A stretch of 64,000 nt of DNA from Bacteroidota bacterium (lineage in GTDB: Bacteria; Bacteroidota; Bacteroidia; Bacteroidales; PUMT01): the NCBI GenBank assembly GCA_003554865.1, contig PWHJ01000001.1:14046-78045 (forward strand). The letters run 5' to 3'. Shown in pieces: positions 19,882 to 30,119 of the stretch; the first letter of the stretch is position 1; every line of letters starts with the position of its first letter. A program made the translations under genes and the position numbers. The notes beneath the pieces are model-generated. The model was not told where the DNA came from and made no database searches. It was given only the letters and a program-made list of their open reading frames with translations.

Positions 19882-21099
19882 ATGGATAAAAAAACTGACC
19901 TTCCCCTTGAGGGGATTACCGTTCTGGAGCTTGCAAACGTGCTTGCAGGTCCCAGTGTCGGCATGTTTATGGCCGAACTGGGAGCACAGGTGCTGAAGGT
20001 TGAAAATGTGAAAAGCTCCGGTGATGTTACACGGCACTGGAAACTTTCAACCGAAGATCCAAAAACCGATATTTCAGCCTATTTCTCATGTGTTAACTGG
20101 GGCAAGAAGTCCCTTGCCCTTGACCTGTCAACAGATGAAGGCCTGGAAATTATTTACGACATCGCCCGCAAATCTGATGTGGTCCTTGTGAGCTACAAGC
20201 CCGGTGATGCCGAAAAGCTGAAAGTTGATTATCCAGGGCTCAAAGAGATTAACCCGGATATAATATTTGCACATGTCACCGGGTATGGTCTTATGACCAG
20301 GAGAGCGGGCTATGATGCAATTATACAGGCTGAAAGCGGGTTCACCTACATGAACGGTGAGCCCGAAGGGAATCCGGTTAAAATGCCTGTTGCCCTGATG
20401 GATGTACTTGCCGCGCATCAGTTAAAGGAGGCCATACTGCTTGCACTTTGGTCACGTGAGCGTCATGGGGGTGGTCAATATATTGAATCCTCACTTTACA
20501 AGTCTGGTGTTGCCTCCCTTGCAAACCAGGCTACCAACTGGCTGGTTGGGGAAGCTATACCAAAGCGAATGGGCTCGGACCATCCCAATATAGTACCTTA
20601 CGGGACAATATTCAGGACTGCCGACGACAAAGAGATAGTGCTGGCAGTTGGCACTGACAAGCAGTTCAGGGAGTTGTGCAAACTTTTAGGTAAACCGGAA
20701 CTGGCAGATGACAAGCGTTTTGAAAAGAATCAGGAGAGGGTTAAAAACAGCGGCCTGATAAAGTCGTTGCTGCAGGAACTAATTGGCAAATACACTCGTG
20801 AGGATATTCTTGAAAAAATGAGTGAAAAAGCTGTTCCGGCAGGCGGAGTTTACAACATGAAGGAGGTTTTTGAAACCGCCCACGCACAGGAGATGCTTTT
20901 TGAGGAGCCTTTGAATTCGGGAACTATCAAAGGGGTCCGCTCAGTCTCATTCACCTGCGATAATATTGCAAGCATGGAGAAGCTGTCGCGGCCTCCCCGT
21001 TACGGAGAACACACAAGAGATATATTGTCGGGTTTACTGGGGCTTGAAGATGACAGAATTGAAGGTCTTATTAATAAAGGAGTGATATATGCAAAATAA
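19882..21099 (+). CDS. Class III CoA-transferase (CaiB/BaiF family)
   Basis: PLEGITVLEL..VLAGP, N.GKKSLALDL, GYDAIIQAESG, catalytic Asp in PVALMD, PP.YGEHT C-terminus. Confidence 0.93.
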   Translation: MDKKTDLPLEGITVLELANVLAGPSVGMFMAELGAQVLKVENVKSSGDVTRHWKLSTEDPKTDISAYFSCVNWGKKSLALDLSTDEGLEIIYDIARKSDVVLVSYKPGDAEKLKVDYPGLKEINPDIIFAHVTGYGLMTRRAGYDAIIQAESGFTYMNGEPEGNPVKMPVALMDVLAAHQLKEAILLALWSRERHGGGQYIESSLYKSGVASLANQATNWLVGEAIPKRMGSDHPNIVPYGTIFRTADDKEIVLAVGTDKQFRELCKLLGKPELADDKRFEKNQERVKNSGLIKSLLQELIGKYTREDILEKMSEKAVPAGGVYNMKEVFETAHAQEMLFEEPLNSGTIKGVRSVSFTCDNIASMEKLSRPPRYGEHTRDILSGLLGLEDDRIEGLINKGVIYAK

Positions 21100-22216
21100 C
21101 AGTGTTGAAAAAAAAGTGTTAATTGAAGGGTCGCTTCTTATAACAGAGTCTATGGCCCGTGCCGGAGCCGATTCATTTATAGGTTATCCTATAACCCCGG
21201 CTAATCTTTTGTATCTGTACGGAAGCCGCAGAATGCCTCTTATGCTGCCTGCTCCGGATGAAATTACCACCCTTCAGTGGATGTCAGGACTGGCAGCTAC
21301 AGGAAGGATCCCGGTAACCGCCACATCATTCCCCGGCTTTGCGCTTATGGTGGAGTCAATTAATATGGCTTTTATGATGGAGCTGCCGATGGTGATAGTT
21401 TTGGTGCAGCGCCTGGGTCCTGCGACCGGTACTGCTACATGCGGTTCACAGGGTGATATTTCGCTTCTGAGGGGAATGATATCGGGAGGCCATCAGCTGC
21501 CGGTTTTGTGCACTTCTTCATTTGAGGATTGCTGGAGCTTACCTGCCAGGGCGGTATCACTTGCCGCAGAGCTTAGAACTCCGGTGGTGCTCCTTACTTC
21601 CAAGGAAGAGGTAATGACACAAAAGAGCTTTGATATGAGCCTGCTTGAAGAGATCACCCCTGTTAAGCTGAAATCATATGAGGGTGAAGAGACATATCGA
21701 CCCTATATGGTTAAAGAAGGTGAACTGTCACCTCCATTTTTGCCGGTTGCTAACGGAAAATGGCAGGTAAGGCTGAACGCTTCAACACATGATACCAACG
21801 GAATCCTTCAGCATTCCAATGAAGAGGCAATGGCCAATACAAGGCGCCTTGATGCAAAAGCCAGGGAAAAACTGAAGGATTACACATATTACCAGCTTGA
21901 TGAGCAGGAGGGTGCCCGCACTATTGTTGTTTCATACGGAATAACCGCATTGGCTGCAAGGGATGTGGTTTATAGTATGAGAGAAAAAGGCAAAAAGGTT
22001 TCACTGCTTGTTGTAAAAACTATCCTGCCTGTTCCCGCTGTTTACGCTGATATAATGGCCAATTACCATAAGGTGATTGTAGCAGAGGAAAATATAAATG
22101 CACAGCTTGTTGATCTTATATACGGGGTGCAAAGACCCGAAAATGTAGTGCCGGTCGGATCAATCGGCAAAATGATAACCCCGGGTGAAATTTTAAAAGA
22201 GGAGGACTGCTTATGA
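21089..22216 (+). CDS. 2-oxoacid:ferredoxin oxidoreductase alpha subunit (divergent)
   Basis: GYPITP, DEI, TATS(F)PG and QR.GP.TG motifs; overlaps the CoA-transferase stop. Confidence 0.88.
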   Translation: MQNNSVEKKVLIEGSLLITESMARAGADSFIGYPITPANLLYLYGSRRMPLMLPAPDEITTLQWMSGLAATGRIPVTATSFPGFALMVESINMAFMMELPMVIVLVQRLGPATGTATCGSQGDISLLRGMISGGHQLPVLCTSSFEDCWSLPARAVSLAAELRTPVVLLTSKEEVMTQKSFDMSLLEEITPVKLKSYEGEETYRPYMVKEGELSPPFLPVANGKWQVRLNASTHDTNGILQHSNEEAMANTRRLDAKAREKLKDYTYYQLDEQEGARTIVVSYGITALAARDVVYSMREKGKKVSLLVVKTILPVPAVYADIMANYHKVIVAEENINAQLVDLIYGVQRPENVVPVGSIGKMITPGEILKEEDCL

Positions 22217-23478
22217 ACGGTATTTTGAAAACCACTGCATTGCCTTACTGCAAGGGGTGCGGACATGACCTTATTGCCAAAAAGAGTGCTGCAGCGCTTG
22301 AAAAGCTTCAGTTTACTCCCCTTGATGTAGTTGTGGTAACAGACATAGGGTGTCACGGGATAATAGACAAATGCCTTAATACTCATACTGTCCACGGTTT
22401 GCACGGAAGGTCAGTTGCACTTGGTGCCGGCATAACTTTCGGACTGGACAATCCGGAAAAAAAAGTGCTGGTCTTTATAGGTGACGGCGGATCCACCATA
22501 GGGTTGCAGCACATAATGGAGGCTGCGCGTTTGAATCTGAACATGACCGTCGTTGTCCATAACAATATGCTATACGGTATGACAGGCGGGCAAACCAGCG
22601 GTTTAACCCCTCAGGGTTTTTGCACCACAACATCGGCTGACGGGAACCCCTTTTCCGGTTATGATATTTGTGAGCTTACCTCAACGGCTGGTGCTTCATA
22701 TTCAGCACGCATAATGGGAGTTGGCGACATAACCCCCAGTCTGGCCGAAGCTTTTGCCGTTAAAGGCTTTTCCCTTGTCGAGATTATGGAGATTTGTCCC
22801 AGCTACGGGGTGAAGCTCAACCCCCGCCGCAAGCTTTCGGAAATAGTGGAAAGCTCGGGAAGGAAAATTGGGGTTTGGAGAAATGAAAAGAAAAGTTTTA
22901 TCATGCAGCAGGGTAAAAAGAAAAACGACCTGTTGGCCTCAGTAGAGGAGGTAAAAAATGATTTTCCAGCCACTCTGGAAAAAGATATTTCCCTTGTTAT
23001 AAGCGGTTCCGCCGGAGAAGGTGTGCAATCGGCCGCAACCCTTCTTGCCCGTGCCGCGATGCGTTCCGGCTGTCATGTTACACAAAAGGGAAGCTATCCT
23101 GTAACCGTAGGCGTGGGATTTTCCACAGCCGAGGTAAATCTTTCCCCTGCTCCTATTAATTTTCACGGGATAGATGTTCCCGATGTAGCCGTTGTGACTT
23201 CCGGTGATGGTTTGACCCACAGCAAAAAACGCATTGAAGGTATGAAGAAAGGTGTGCTTTTCATCGATGAAAGTCTTGATACCCCCGAAACCGGAGCTGA
23301 GGTGGTAAGACATGATTTCAGGTCTGTCGGCGCCCGCTCGGCAAGCCTTTATGCACTTTTGTTCTTTGCTAACCATACAGGTTTAATCGATTACGAAGCA
23401 ATTTTCAGAACAATCCAGGAGAGCGGTCTCAAAGAAAAAGTCCCTGTTGAAAAGCTCAGGGAAAAATTGTTGCAGTAG
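22213..23478 (+). CDS. 2-oxoacid:ferredoxin oxidoreductase beta (TPP-binding) subunit fused to gamma domain
   Basis: CKGCGH, DIGC, HGR and GDG...NNMLYGMTGGQ TPP motif; C-terminal half starts with gamma-type GSAGEGV. Confidence 0.88.
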   Translation: MNGILKTTALPYCKGCGHDLIAKKSAAALEKLQFTPLDVVVVTDIGCHGIIDKCLNTHTVHGLHGRSVALGAGITFGLDNPEKKVLVFIGDGGSTIGLQHIMEAARLNLNMTVVVHNNMLYGMTGGQTSGLTPQGFCTTTSADGNPFSGYDICELTSTAGASYSARIMGVGDITPSLAEAFAVKGFSLVEIMEICPSYGVKLNPRRKLSEIVESSGRKIGVWRNEKKSFIMQQGKKKNDLLASVEEVKNDFPATLEKDISLVISGSAGEGVQSAATLLARAAMRSGCHVTQKGSYPVTVGVGFSTAEVNLSPAPINFHGIDVPDVAVVTSGDGLTHSKKRIEGMKKGVLFIDESLDTPETGAEVVRHDFRSVGARSASLYALLFFANHTGLIDYEAIFRTIQESGLKEKVPVEKLREKLLQ

Positions 23479-23574
23479 GGGTATTAAAATCCTCTTCTAT
23501 AAACCTCTTCACACTTTTATAAATATAGCCGTCATTATTATGACTGTATAATCTAATTGCATTAAATTTAATAT

Positions 23575-23976
23575 ATGTCCTTTTTTCGGTGTAAAAAAAA
23601 TAGCAAATCCTCTGCCAGGGAGTTTAAGCGTGCAAAAAAGGCAATGAAGGTGGCCGGGAAAAGATTACGCAGGGCTGACAGGTATATGAAAAACGGCAAG
23701 AGGCAGCAATTTTTTGAGCAAATGCTTAAAGCGCAATGGGGGTACCTCGGCGACAGGTTTTCTATTTCTTATGCAAAGCTTGACAGGCAAAAAGTAAAGG
23801 AAGAGATGCAGAAAAATAATATTCCCGAAAAGGATATAAAGGCTGTTTTTGAAATAATAAGTATCTGCGAGTTTGCCAGAGAAGCCCCGTCAACAGTACA
23901 TGCCGATATGCGAAAAATACTCGATCAGACCCTGAACCTCATTAATACTACAGAAGAGAAGTTGAGCCAAAGCTAA
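23575..23976 (+). CDS. Small basic protein resembling the isolated C-terminal domain of BatD
   Basis: A.KRL..A, F..M.KA.WGYL.D.F.I and CEFAR.AP pattern recalls BatD C-termini; no signal peptide or TM segment. Confidence 0.6.
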   Translation: MSFFRCKKNSKSSAREFKRAKKAMKVAGKRLRRADRYMKNGKRQQFFEQMLKAQWGYLGDRFSISYAKLDRQKVKEEMQKNNIPEKDIKAVFEIISICEFAREAPSTVHADMRKILDQTLNLINTTEEKLSQS

Positions 23977-23985
23977 AGAGGATTA

Positions 23986-24018
23986 CGGTATATATTGGAA
24001 TGAGATCAACATATACCG
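23986..24018. terminator. Hairpin between convergent genes (possible terminator)
   Basis: CGGTATAT (23986-23993) pairs with ATATACCG (24011-24018); long loop and no clear U-tract. Confidence 0.35.
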
Positions 24019-24032
24019 CAGCAGCCTCATCA

Positions 24033-27000
24033 TTACACATCTGCACCTACTTTGCCGTGACAGTGCTTGTATTTTTTGCCGCTTCCGCACGGGCAGGGCT
24101 CGTTTCTTCCTACTTTCTTTTCAGCCTTGACAGGTTGTGTTTTTTCTTTTTCCTTTGAAGATGTGAACACGTCGCTTTTCCGGCTTGTCTCCATCCGGCT
24201 CAGGTCGAGACGCCTGCGCTGCTCGGCCTCTTTTATCTGGTCGGGGTCCTTTACCGGTATATGTGCTTTCATAAGAGTGCCCACAATTTCTTTGTTGAGC
24301 CTCTCCAGCATTGACTTGAAAAGCTGGAATGATTCGTACTTGTAAATCAGCAGCGGATCTTTCTGCTCATATGTTGCAGTCTGAACAGATTGTTTGAGAT
24401 CGTCCATTTCCCTCAAATGCTCCTTCCACTGCTCATCAATTGTGAGCAGTATTACCAGTTTCTGATAGGACCTGACAAGATGCTTCCCTTCCGTCTCATA
24501 GGCATTATGGAGGTTGGTTATAACCTTGAATACCTTTGAACCGTCAGAAATGGGGACGACTATGTTTTCGTACTGGTGGCGGCTTTTTTCGTATACGTCC
24601 TTAATGACAGGGTAGGCCTGTGATGCGATCAACCCGGATTTTCTGTGATATGTATCGTTAATAACCTCCCTCATTTTTGCAATTATATCATCGCGCGAGA
24701 GGTCCTGGAACTCTTGTTCAGTTACCGGCGATTCTATGGAGAAGTAACGCAGAAGCTCCATATTGAAACCTTCGAAGTCTATATCCTCATGATACTGGTT
24801 TACTATGAGCTCGCTTACATCATACATCATATTTGCTATGTCCACATCAAGCCTTTCTCCCATTAGCGCGTTCTTTCTTCTGGAGTAGATAGCCTCACGC
24901 TGGGAGTTCATAACATCATCGTATTCAAGCAACCTTTTCCGGATACCGAAATTATTTTCCTCAACTTTTTTCTGGGCGCGCTCAATTGAGCGGGTTATCA
25001 TGCGGTGCTGGATTACCTCACCTTCCTTGACACCCATTTTGCTCATCATCCCGGCAATACGCCCCGAACCGAAAAGTCGCATCAGATCATCTTCGAGAGA
25101 AACGAAAAACTGGGAGCTTCCAGGATCGCCTTGTCTGCCGGCACGTCCGCGTAACTGTCTGTCAATTCTCCTGGATTCGTGTCTTTCGGTACCAACAATT
25201 GCAAGTCCGCCTGCCTCACGAACCTCGGGAGTGAGTTTGATGTCAGTTCCCCGGCCTGCCATGTTGGTGGCAATGGTAACGGTACGGGGCTTGCCCGCTT
25301 CCGCAACTATTTCGGCCTCTTTCTGGTGCAGCTTGGCGTTCAGAACATTGTGCTTGATCCCCCTGATCTTGAGCATTCTGCTCAGCAGCTCCGATATTTC
25401 AACCGAAGTTGTACCCACAAGTACGGGGCGGTTTTTGCTTACAAGATCAACTATCTCCTCTATTACCGCATTATATTTTTCCCGCTTGGTTTTATATACC
25501 AGGTCTTCATAATCTTCCCTTATTACCGGCTCGTTGGTTGGTATAACCGTTACTTCAAGCTTGTATATATTCCAGAATTCCCCTGCCTCGGTTTCGGCCG
25601 TTCCCGTCATACCGGCCAGCTTGTCATACATTCTGAAATAATTCTGCAGGGTTATGGAAGCAAAAGTCTGTGTGGCTGCTTCCACCTTTACACGCTCCTT
25701 TGCTTCAATGGCCTGATGAAGTCCGTCAGAATAGCGCCGGCCCTCCATAATCCTGCCGGTCTGCACATCTACGATCTTCACCTTATTGTCCATTACCACA
25801 TATTCGGTATCTTTTTCAAAAAGGGTGTATGCCTTGAGAAGCTGGTTGATGGTATGGGCGCGCTCGGATTTTATAGCGTAATCGCGCAGCAGGGTATCCT
25901 TTTTTTCTTGTTTTTCATTGCCGGAGAGATTCGATTTTTCAATTTCGGCAACTTCGGAGCCTATATCGGGAAGTATGAAAAAATCAGGATCTTCGGATTT
26001 TTGGGTAAGCATGTCAATACCCTTGTCGGTCAGCTCAATGGAATTAATCTTTTCATCAATTACAAAATAGAGCTCATCGGTTACCTTCCACATGTGCTTG
26101 CCTTTCTCCTGCATGTAGAAGTTTTCGGTTTTCTGCATCAGAGCTTTGTTACCCCCTTCACTTAGCAGCTTTAAAAGACTTTTATTCTTTGGGAGTCCCT
26201 TGTAAGCCTGCAGAAGGTAAAAACCTGCATTTTCCTGGTCATTTTCTGCAAGAGCCTTCCTTGCCTTGATAATTATATCGTTTACAAGCTTGCGTTGTGC
26301 GTTTACCACCGATTCAACCCTGGGTTTCATCTCCTCGAAAAGCTGATTCTCACCCTTGGCCACGGGTCCCGAAATTATAAGAGGTGTTCTTGCATCGTCA
26401 ATCAGTACCGAGTCAATCTCGTCAATTATTGCATAATTATGTCCCCTTTGAACAAGGTCTTCCGGATTTATGGCCATGTTGTCGCGAAGGTAGTCGAAAC
26501 CGAACTCATTGTTGGTGCCATATGTGACATCGGCCTGATAGGCGTTTCTGCGCTCCCTGGAGTTGGGTTTGTGCCTGTCAATGCAGTCCACTTTTAATCC
26601 GTGGAATTCAAATAAAGGACCCATCCATTCGGAGTCACGGCGTGCAAGATAATCGTTTACAGTTATAATGTTAACTCCCCTGCCGGTTAATGCATTCAGG
26701 AAAATTGGCAGGGTTGCTGCAAGGGTCTTGCCTTCACCTGTTGCCATTTCTGCTATTTTCCCCTCGTGCAGAACAATGCCCCCGATAAGCTGGACATCGT
26801 AATGAACCATATCCCAGGTTATCTCATTTCCCCCGGCCATCCAACGGTTCTTGTAAGCTGCCTTGTCTCCTTTGATTGTTACATTATCCTTTACGGCTGC
26901 AAGGTTACGGTCAAAATCGTTGGCCGTTACGGTAACTTCCTCATTTTCCTTTAAACGGCGTGCCGTATCACGTACTATTGCAAAAGCTTCCGGAAGTATT

Positions 27001-27323
27001 TCCATTAAAACATGGGAGAGCTTTTCGGTTATATCTTTGTCGATCTTATCAATCTGCGAGTAGAGCTTTTCTTTCTCTTCCAGGTTGATAGTATCATCTT
27101 CAGCGCTTTCCTTCAGTGAAGCCTTCTTGTTTTCCTCTTCTGCGACCGATTCTCTGACCTTCTGCTTGAGTTTTGAGGAATGTTCCCGCAGCTGGTCGTT
27201 TGTAAGTTTTTTAATATCCTCCTCTTTTTCCTTAATACTGAGGAAAACGGGCTCCAATTTCTTTATGTCCCGGGACGATTTATCGCCTAAAAATTTTTTT
27301 AAAAGATTGGTTACAAATTCCAT
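24033..27323 (-). CDS. secA: Preprotein translocase subunit SecA
   Basis: [38 protein letters not shown] and C-terminal [19 protein letters not shown]; long Bacteroidota form. Confidence 0.98.
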   Translation of the reverse strand: MEFVTNLLKKFLGDKSSRDIKKLEPVFLSIKEKEEDIKKLTNDQLREHSSKLKQKVRESVAEEENKKASLKESAEDDTINLEEKEKLYSQIDKIDKDITEKLSHVLMEILPEAFAIVRDTARRLKENEEVTVTANDFDRNLAAVKDNVTIKGDKAAYKNRWMAGGNEITWDMVHYDVQLIGGIVLHEGKIAEMATGEGKTLAATLPIFLNALTGRGVNIITVNDYLARRDSEWMGPLFEFHGLKVDCIDRHKPNSRERRNAYQADVTYGTNNEFGFDYLRDNMAINPEDLVQRGHNYAIIDEIDSVLIDDARTPLIISGPVAKGENQLFEEMKPRVESVVNAQRKLVNDIIIKARKALAENDQENAGFYLLQAYKGLPKNKSLLKLLSEGGNKALMQKTENFYMQEKGKHMWKVTDELYFVIDEKINSIELTDKGIDMLTQKSEDPDFFILPDIGSEVAEIEKSNLSGNEKQEKKDTLLRDYAIKSERAHTINQLLKAYTLFEKDTEYVVMDNKVKIVDVQTGRIMEGRRYSDGLHQAIEAKERVKVEAATQTFASITLQNYFRMYDKLAGMTGTAETEAGEFWNIYKLEVTVIPTNEPVIREDYEDLVYKTKREKYNAVIEEIVDLVSKNRPVLVGTTSVEISELLSRMLKIRGIKHNVLNAKLHQKEAEIVAEAGKPRTVTIATNMAGRGTDIKLTPEVREAGGLAIVGTERHESRRIDRQLRGRAGRQGDPGSSQFFVSLEDDLMRLFGSGRIAGMMSKMGVKEGEVIQHRMITRSIERAQKKVEENNFGIRKRLLEYDDVMNSQREAIYSRRKNALMGERLDVDIANMMYDVSELIVNQYHEDIDFEGFNMELLRYFSIESPVTEQEFQDLSRDDIIAKMREVINDTYHRKSGLIASQAYPVIKDVYEKSRHQYENIVVPISDGSKVFKVITNLHNAYETEGKHLVRSYQKLVILLTIDEQWKEHLREMDDLKQSVQTATYEQKDPLLIYKYESFQLFKSMLERLNKEIVGTLMKAHIPVKDPDQIKEAEQRRRLDLSRMETSRKSDVFTSSKEKEKTQPVKAEKKVGRNEPCPCGSGKKYKHCHGKVGADV

Positions 27324-27571
27324 TTTATATATCGTATTTTTTTAATGTCCAAGTTATAAGGTTGCAAATTTAAATTTTTTAAGGCAATTTATCCTTAAGC
27401 CCCTGTTTAAATTTGTTACATCCCGTTTAAAACAAATACCTTATTTAACGGTTTATTATATTGGGATGTGCTTATTTTTTTAACGCAAAGTTTATGACCG
27501 TATTACATTTTAATCAGAAGCATTGCATTTTATGAGCACTTTAATTACATTTATCAAAAAATTTAGCCAGC

Positions 27572-27757
27572 ATGATCAACTATATCGTTTTACAAAAGGT
27601 TGCCCAGCTGCCACGCCATGTTCCGCGAATAAGTGACGAGCCCCTGGATGTTTTCGGATCAACAGAAAATATTATAGTATATGTTGTAATACCTGTATTG
27701 ATAATTATACTTTATATTGTATGGAGGAGAAGAAAGCGCAGGGAAAAAAACAAATAG
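27572..27757 (+). CDS. Small single-pass membrane protein
   Basis: 61 aa; one hydrophobic helix (IIVYVVIPVLIIILYIVW) followed by basic RRRKRREK; AT-rich upstream region. Confidence 0.65.
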   Translation: MINYIVLQKVAQLPRHVPRISDEPLDVFGSTENIIVYVVIPVLIIILYIVWRRRKRREKNK

Positions 27758-27762
27758 CAGGC

Positions 27763-29529
27763 TTATTCAAAATCAAGGTTTAATTGTTGTTTAAGCTTTT
27801 CAAGGTTTGGGTTTTTTCCTGCCATGTGCTTGTACTTATCCTCTGGTAAATACAATTTATTTTCTTCTTCAGATTCTGATATGCTGTATGTAAGGTTGAT
27901 CTGATAATTTCCGAGCTCTTTCTTTAAAAAGTCCAGCAACCGCCCTTTGATATTGTTAAGTATCTCTGCCTGAAGAGGATTGCTTATTTCGAACTCAATA
28001 TAACCGGTTTTTTTTAAAAACGGGTTATTGGCATTCAGGGTGTTGTACAGGCGCGGATACTCTTCTTTTATACCTGAGGCAAACTTTTTCCATGCTGAAA
28101 CCAATTCCTCATGGCTGAAATCATTGGATGCTTCAGCGGCACACCCTGGTTGTACTGCATCTTCAGAGGTTTCTTGTGCATTGTCGGTTTCATCCTGATT
28201 GACTGTTATACTTTTTGAGTTATGCATCACTTCCTTTATTGAGATCGTGGAAAGCTCCGTCTTAACCGGTGCCTCGTGCTTCCGTGGGGGATGGGCGGCT
28301 TGTGAAGGGGAAACATTTTGAGGAGTCTGGTTTGCTTGTGGATCTGAATTACCTTTATCCTGGCGGGTGCTGGAGTTATTATTTTGAGTTTTTTTGTCGC
28401 TACTCAGGTTTGCTGTCTCATCTTTTTTTTTTTCTTCACTGGTGATATTACTCAGTTGAATTAATGCCAGCTCTACATGCAGTCTTTGGTTGCGGGCAGA
28501 CCTGAATCCCATACTGCACTGGTTGGTTATTTCGATACCCCGGAAAAGGAATTCTTCAGGGCATTCTTGCGATTGCTTTTTGTAATTATCCCGTATACCC
28601 GCACCCACTTCAAGCAAATCAAGGGTTCCCGGATCCTTGCAGACAAGAAGGTCCCGGAAATGACTGCTTAGTCCGCTTATAAAATTGTGCCCGTCAAATC
28701 CTTTTTCCAGAATCTCGTTGAATAACAGGAAAGACTTTACCATATTGCCTTCAAGCAGTGCGGATGTCATATCAAAATAGTACTCGTAATCAAGCACATT
28801 GAGATTTTCAATTACATTGCGGTATGTTATGGTGCCTTCAGAAAAACTGACTATCTGATCAAATATAGAAAGTGCATCCCTCATGGAGCCGTCTGCTTTG
28901 TTTGCAATAATGTTCAGTCCGTCTGCTTCGGCCGAAACATTTTCCATTTTTGCAATATCCTGCAGCTGAGCTACAATGTCATCCACCTTTATGCGGCTGA
29001 AATCGAAGATCTGACAACGGGAGAGAACGGTTGGAATTATTTTCTGTTTTTCAGTTGTGGCAAGTATGAATACCGCATGAGCAGGAGGCTCCTCGAGGGT
29101 TTTCAGGAAAGCGTTAAATGCATGGCCGGAGAGCATATGTACTTCATCAATAATATACACGCTGTACTTACCGACCTGCGGCGGCACTCTTACCTGCTCG
29201 GTAAGGATCCGTATATCTTCAACAGAGTTGTTGGAGGCGGCATCAAGCTCGTGAATATTGAAAGATCTTGAGGAGTCAAATGACCTGCAGGACTCGCATT
29301 CGTTGCAGGCCTCGGCATTTTCTGAAAGTTGCATGCAATTGATCGTTTTTGCAAAAATCCTCGCGCACGTGGTTTTGCCTATACCACGTGGACCACAAAA
29401 AAGATATGCATGGGACAGCTTGCCGTTTTTTATGGCATTGGCCAATGTGGCGGTAATGGATTGTTGTCCGACAACTGACCGGAAAGTGTCGGGCCGGTAC
29501 TTTCTTGCTGATACAATAAAGTTATCCAT
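27763..29529 (-). CDS. dnaX: DNA polymerase III subunit gamma/tau
   Basis: SARKYRP, GPRGIGKTT, CxxCxxC zinc motif, DEVHML, SRC; ATG at 29529 follows a TATATTTG element; internal A11 tract. Confidence 0.97.
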   Translation of the reverse strand: MDNFIVSARKYRPDTFRSVVGQQSITATLANAIKNGKLSHAYLFCGPRGIGKTTCARIFAKTINCMQLSENAEACNECESCRSFDSSRSFNIHELDAASNNSVEDIRILTEQVRVPPQVGKYSVYIIDEVHMLSGHAFNAFLKTLEEPPAHAVFILATTEKQKIIPTVLSRCQIFDFSRIKVDDIVAQLQDIAKMENVSAEADGLNIIANKADGSMRDALSIFDQIVSFSEGTITYRNVIENLNVLDYEYYFDMTSALLEGNMVKSFLLFNEILEKGFDGHNFISGLSSHFRDLLVCKDPGTLDLLEVGAGIRDNYKKQSQECPEEFLFRGIEITNQCSMGFRSARNQRLHVELALIQLSNITSEEKKKDETANLSSDKKTQNNNSSTRQDKGNSDPQANQTPQNVSPSQAAHPPRKHEAPVKTELSTISIKEVMHNSKSITVNQDETDNAQETSEDAVQPGCAAEASNDFSHEELVSAWKKFASGIKEEYPRLYNTLNANNPFLKKTGYIEFEISNPLQAEILNNIKGRLLDFLKKELGNYQINLTYSISESEEENKLYLPEDKYKHMAGKNPNLEKLKQQLNLDFE

Positions 29530-29582
29530 AAATAAAAAATATTTTCCCGGCAAATATACTTATTTTTAAAACCGCTGTGAAA

Positions 29583-30002
29583 TCAAAAACGCTCCATATT
29601 TGAGAAAAAATAAGCACATTCACGTTTTGCGCTTTCAATGGAGTCAGAGCCGTGAATGGCATTTTGAAGCTTCGATTTGCCGAACATGTGGCGTATAGTC
29701 TCCTTTGAAGCTTTTCCCGGATCTGTGCTTCCTATTAGTTTCCTGAAATCGCTGACCGCATTTTCCTTTTCAAGTACAATGGCTGCAACCGGACCGGATG
29801 AGATGTAGGTGACGAGGTTTTCAAAAAAAAACTTCCCCTGGTGAACGGCATAGAATTGGGATGCCTGTGCATATGAAAGTTTTACTGTCTTTAGAGCCGA
29901 TATTCTGAACCCGGCGCCAGCAATCCTTGAGAGAACAGGACCTGTCAAATTTTGTTCGAATGCAAGGGGCTTGATCATTGCAAAGGTGTATTCGGCTTCC
30001 AT
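29583..30002 (-). CDS. ndk: Nucleoside-diphosphate kinase
   Basis: TFAMIKP, FY.VH, SGP and NAIHGSDS catalytic His motifs. Confidence 0.95.
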   Translation of the reverse strand: MEAEYTFAMIKPLAFEQNLTGPVLSRIAGAGFRISALKTVKLSYAQASQFYAVHQGKFFFENLVTYISSGPVAAIVLEKENAVSDFRKLIGSTDPGKASKETIRHMFGKSKLQNAIHGSDSIESAKRECAYFFSNMERF

Positions 30003-30119
30003 GATATTTAGACGTTTCAGTTAGTTTTTCCTGCTTTGAATTATTTAAACTATTTATATCTTTGAGATCAAATTTTTTCTCTGTTTTTATTATAAAAATA
30101 AAAAAATTAACTGACAGAT

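Noticed and set aside
25000-26165. 170-aa and 328-aa ORFs antisense to secA
   Set aside because: Shadow ORFs of a highly conserved gene; no independent coding signal
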